Under the pieces are notes generated by a model. The model was given only the letters and a program-made list of their open reading frames with translations. It ran no database searches and was not told where the DNA came from. From Fistulifera solaris (taxonomy: Eukaryota), in contig AP026144.1 in the NCBI GenBank assembly GCA_030295235.1, positions 558,001 through 622,000 of the forward strand: DNA of 64,000 nucleotides, given 5' to 3'. Both the position numbers and the translations under genes were made by a program. How positions within the stretch are numbered: position 1 is the stretch's first letter; each line of letters begins with the position of its first letter. Positions 61,527-64,000 of the stretch are shown here, in pieces.

Positions 61527-62033
61527 TTACACACCAAAACTACTCCCACATCCACAGGATTCTTCGGCATTGGGATTGAAGAACTTGAATCCACCTCCAA
61601 TCAATTCGGTCGAATAATCCAATTCGAGTCCGTACAAATACAACATTGACTTGGCATCTACGACACATTTGACCTTCTCGTCTGCATATTCATCCACAAC
61701 ATCATCTTCTTGAATCGAATCTTCCGACGAAAAGTCCATCACATAACTCATACCGGAGCATCCACCCGATTGGACGCCCATGCGGAGAATTAAAGTGTCA
61801 TTCACCGGATCTTTCAGTTCCGTTTGACGCAATTCCCGCAATCGTTTCATGGCGGCTGGTTTTATCATGACGACGGCGTCTTCGGGTATTTCGTAATCAA
61901 TCGTTAAAGGTGGTGCTTCTGTTGTGTCGGCGTAAAGAGTCGTACGAAACGGCAGGGGACGAGGTGAAATCCACGCCAACGTGACGGGCCATAGCGCTAA
62001 GAAAGTCCCCCAAAAGAAATGTGAAAAATGCAT
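61527..62033 (-). CDS. sufA: Plastid iron-sulfur assembly A-type carrier (SufA/IscA)
   Basis: LRMGVQSGGCSGMSY, GGGFKFFNPNAEESCGCGSSF; signal + A-W presequence. Confidence 0.93.
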   Translation of the reverse strand: MHFSHFFWGTFLALWPVTLAWISPRPLPFRTTLYADTTEAPPLTIDYEIPEDAVVMIKPAAMKRLRELRQTELKDPVNDTLILRMGVQSGGCSGMSYVMDFSSEDSIQEDDVVDEYADEKVKCVVDAKSMLYLYGLELDYSTELIGGGFKFFNPNAEESCGCGSSFGV

Positions 62034-62454
62034 GGCTTACGGAAAAGGGAGAAATCAAGGGAAAGAGTGAAGGAGTGAATACGATTGTTGACCTTGGATA
62101 ATCTAAAGTGCATGATGTGAGAACAAATTGTTTGGTCGCATGCTTTGCCTGTTGCTTAATTGTTACCAGGTACGGTACTCTTGTCGTGGCGTGCATCTTG
62201 CTCGTCTTACGGTTGACTTTTTCTTGTACAGTCAAATCGAAATGACGTGGCGTACTTCAAGTATTATAGTCATTTGTAACGTTGCGAATGTTCTGACGGG
62301 CGGATGGACGATGGATGGGCAAACGACGCGACGACAAACGATTGATGAGGAGGATCACCATAAAACTTTAACATTACTGTAGAAACGAGCGCCCAGAGAG
62401 AAACGCATGTTGCCTTGTTATGCTCGTCGTCGCCAAAACACACACAACAACACC

Positions 62455-63436
62455 ATGAGACATCCGCAAAGATATAATAATAAGGCTCTCTTCCTAATAT
62501 CAATATGGTTTTCCTTTTTTAACATGCGGAAGTGCCTTCCTTACTACTAATCCCCGCCGATGCACGGCCCTCGAGGTCGCCAACACCGAACCTCGGAGCT
62601 GTTTTTATCGATCCCCTGTCACGGGAAAATGGACGCCACGCCTGGAATTGTCGGAATTAGTGGTGGGTCAAGCCTTGGAAGGTGCGGTTGTCGTCCAAGA
62701 AAAATTGAATGGCAAGACAGGACCCAAAGTATGGGTAGATTGTGGGGTTGGGCTCTATAAAAAGAACGATTGGAAGATACAGACGGCTATGTTGCGTTTG
62801 GGAAACGCGAAAGCCAGTGTCGCTGCCAAGAAAGCCGCTCGATTACGAAACAAGAAGCACTTTCCCGTTTATGTCAGTCGGATCCGTCTCGAGAATGATC
62901 AACTGGAAGTGACACTCGAACCAGAAGCCCAGAAAACATCATCACCATCGATGATTCGTCTGCAGGAATTACAACCGGGACAAGAGTTGTCGGGAATCAT
63001 TCAACGGGTCGAAGATTATGGTCTATTGATCCATGTCGGTGCCAATCGACCGGGATTGTTACATATTCGTCGTGTAGGAGATCTGTATCAAAAATTTATC
63101 GATAAAGCGGACGGCTTGAAAAAGGTGGGACTCCAGAAGGGTGTCCAAGTGGATGTCCAAGTGATTTCGTGTGAGAAGAAACGACTGTTTTTGGATTTTT
63201 CCGAATCACTGAAACAAGAAGCGGAACGAAAATACAAAGCGGTAGCAGAAGATGATCCGTACGCTGAAGAAGCGGCTTTGTTTGAAGTTCAACAGCAGCA
63301 ACAACAACAAAACACCGAGTTGACTGCGCTCGTGGATGACGATGAGGAAGACGATTACGATGAAGACGAGGACGACGACGACGATTATGATGAAGATCGA
63401 GAGATAGAAGATGCCATGGGACTGGGTAGATATTGA
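62455..63436 (+). CDS. S1 RNA-binding domain protein, probably plastid-targeted
   Basis: Two S1-like segments (LVVGQALEG; LQPGQELSGIIQRVEDYG..PGLLHI) and an acidic tail; GSA|F presequence after an indel in the T-run at ~62515. Confidence 0.7.
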
Positions 63437-63458
63437 TTCAATTAGTATAGCCTATTTT

Positions 63459-64000
63459 TTACATTGGTTGAAATGTGCTAGAATTCCCATCGTCAGATTC
63501 CTCCTCGTCGCTTTCACTGTCGTCACCACATCGCTCTTTAGAATCCATTTCCTCCCAATAATGCAACTCGGGAATGTTTTGCTCCTTTTCATTCCATTGA
63601 CCGCCATCAATAAAAAGTTTAGGACTGTTCACGTCCATCCAAACATCTTCGGAACGCGGGAGACCGTTCAGGTGCACGCGGACGTGATTGTCATCGATCT
63701 CTGTAACAATCCCAGCGAAACATTGCTCTTCTTCGGATAATGTCTTTTCTTCATCGTCGTCACTCGACTCTTCGTCTCTCGTGTTCGTCGTTCCTGGTAG
63801 CATACAAAGGACCCGATCCTCTAATGCGAGACCCTGTTTCTTGCGAATAGGTTTGGCTAGGTGCCAAACCTCTGTTGATGATGGGACGCCGGTCCCTCTC
63901 GACAACGCCTTTCCTTTCGATCCCCCGGGTTTCGGTGTTTTAGCTTTCAAAGTCTTTGCAACGTCTCCGGTAGTCGGTCGCACCACTTCGACCCAAAATT
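63459..64000 (-). CDS. 3' end of a protein with a Tudor-knot/chromo-barrel-like domain (starts beyond the window)
   Basis: DRVL..CFAGIVTEIDDNHVRVHLNGLPRSEDVWM; frame appears open to the right edge. Confidence 0.55.
   Translation of the reverse strand, partial: FWVEVVRPTTGDVAKTLKAKTPKPGGSKGKALSRGTGVPSSTEVWHLAKPIRKKQGLALEDRVLCMLPGTTNTRDEESSDDDEEKTLSEEEQCFAGIVTEIDDNHVRVHLNGLPRSEDVWMDVNSPKLFIDGGQWNEKEQNIPELHYWEEMDSKERCGDDSESDEEESDDGNSSTFQPM

Noticed and set aside
1..64000. tRNA/rRNA genes
   Set aside because: No convincing cloverleaf or T-loop context found by eye; tRNAscan/Infernal were not run.

Overview
Gene-dense eukaryotic nuclear DNA with short GT-AG introns. Many proteins carry bipartite signal + 'A/G-F' plastid presequences, which points to a diatom (pennate; Fistulifera-like is my inference, not a database result). 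About 35 protein genes can be supported, including a GH1-GH18 fusion, DRG1, glycine decarboxylase P, a Vti1-like SNARE, an extended synaptotagmin, mTERF, UFL1, cullin-1, GT8, a PPR protein, XRN2, carnitine acetyltransferase, a TUTase, type II IDH with an EF-hand, class 1A DHODH and SufA. Many genes are split by single-base indels in homopolymer runs, most likely sequencing errors. Highlights: (i) a family of palindromic TCATGACTG-N5/6-CAGTCRTGA elements, partly in ~220-bp repeat units, in seven intergenic regions 5' of genes; (ii) a spliced in-frame beta-glucosidase/chitinase-like fusion; (iii) a 1.13-kb TA-flanked TIR element just upstream of mTERF; (iv) a class 1A DHODH with a C-terminal membrane anchor; (v) a probably NAD-specific type II IDH with an EF-hand. 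No tRNA, rRNA or CRISPR array was recognised.
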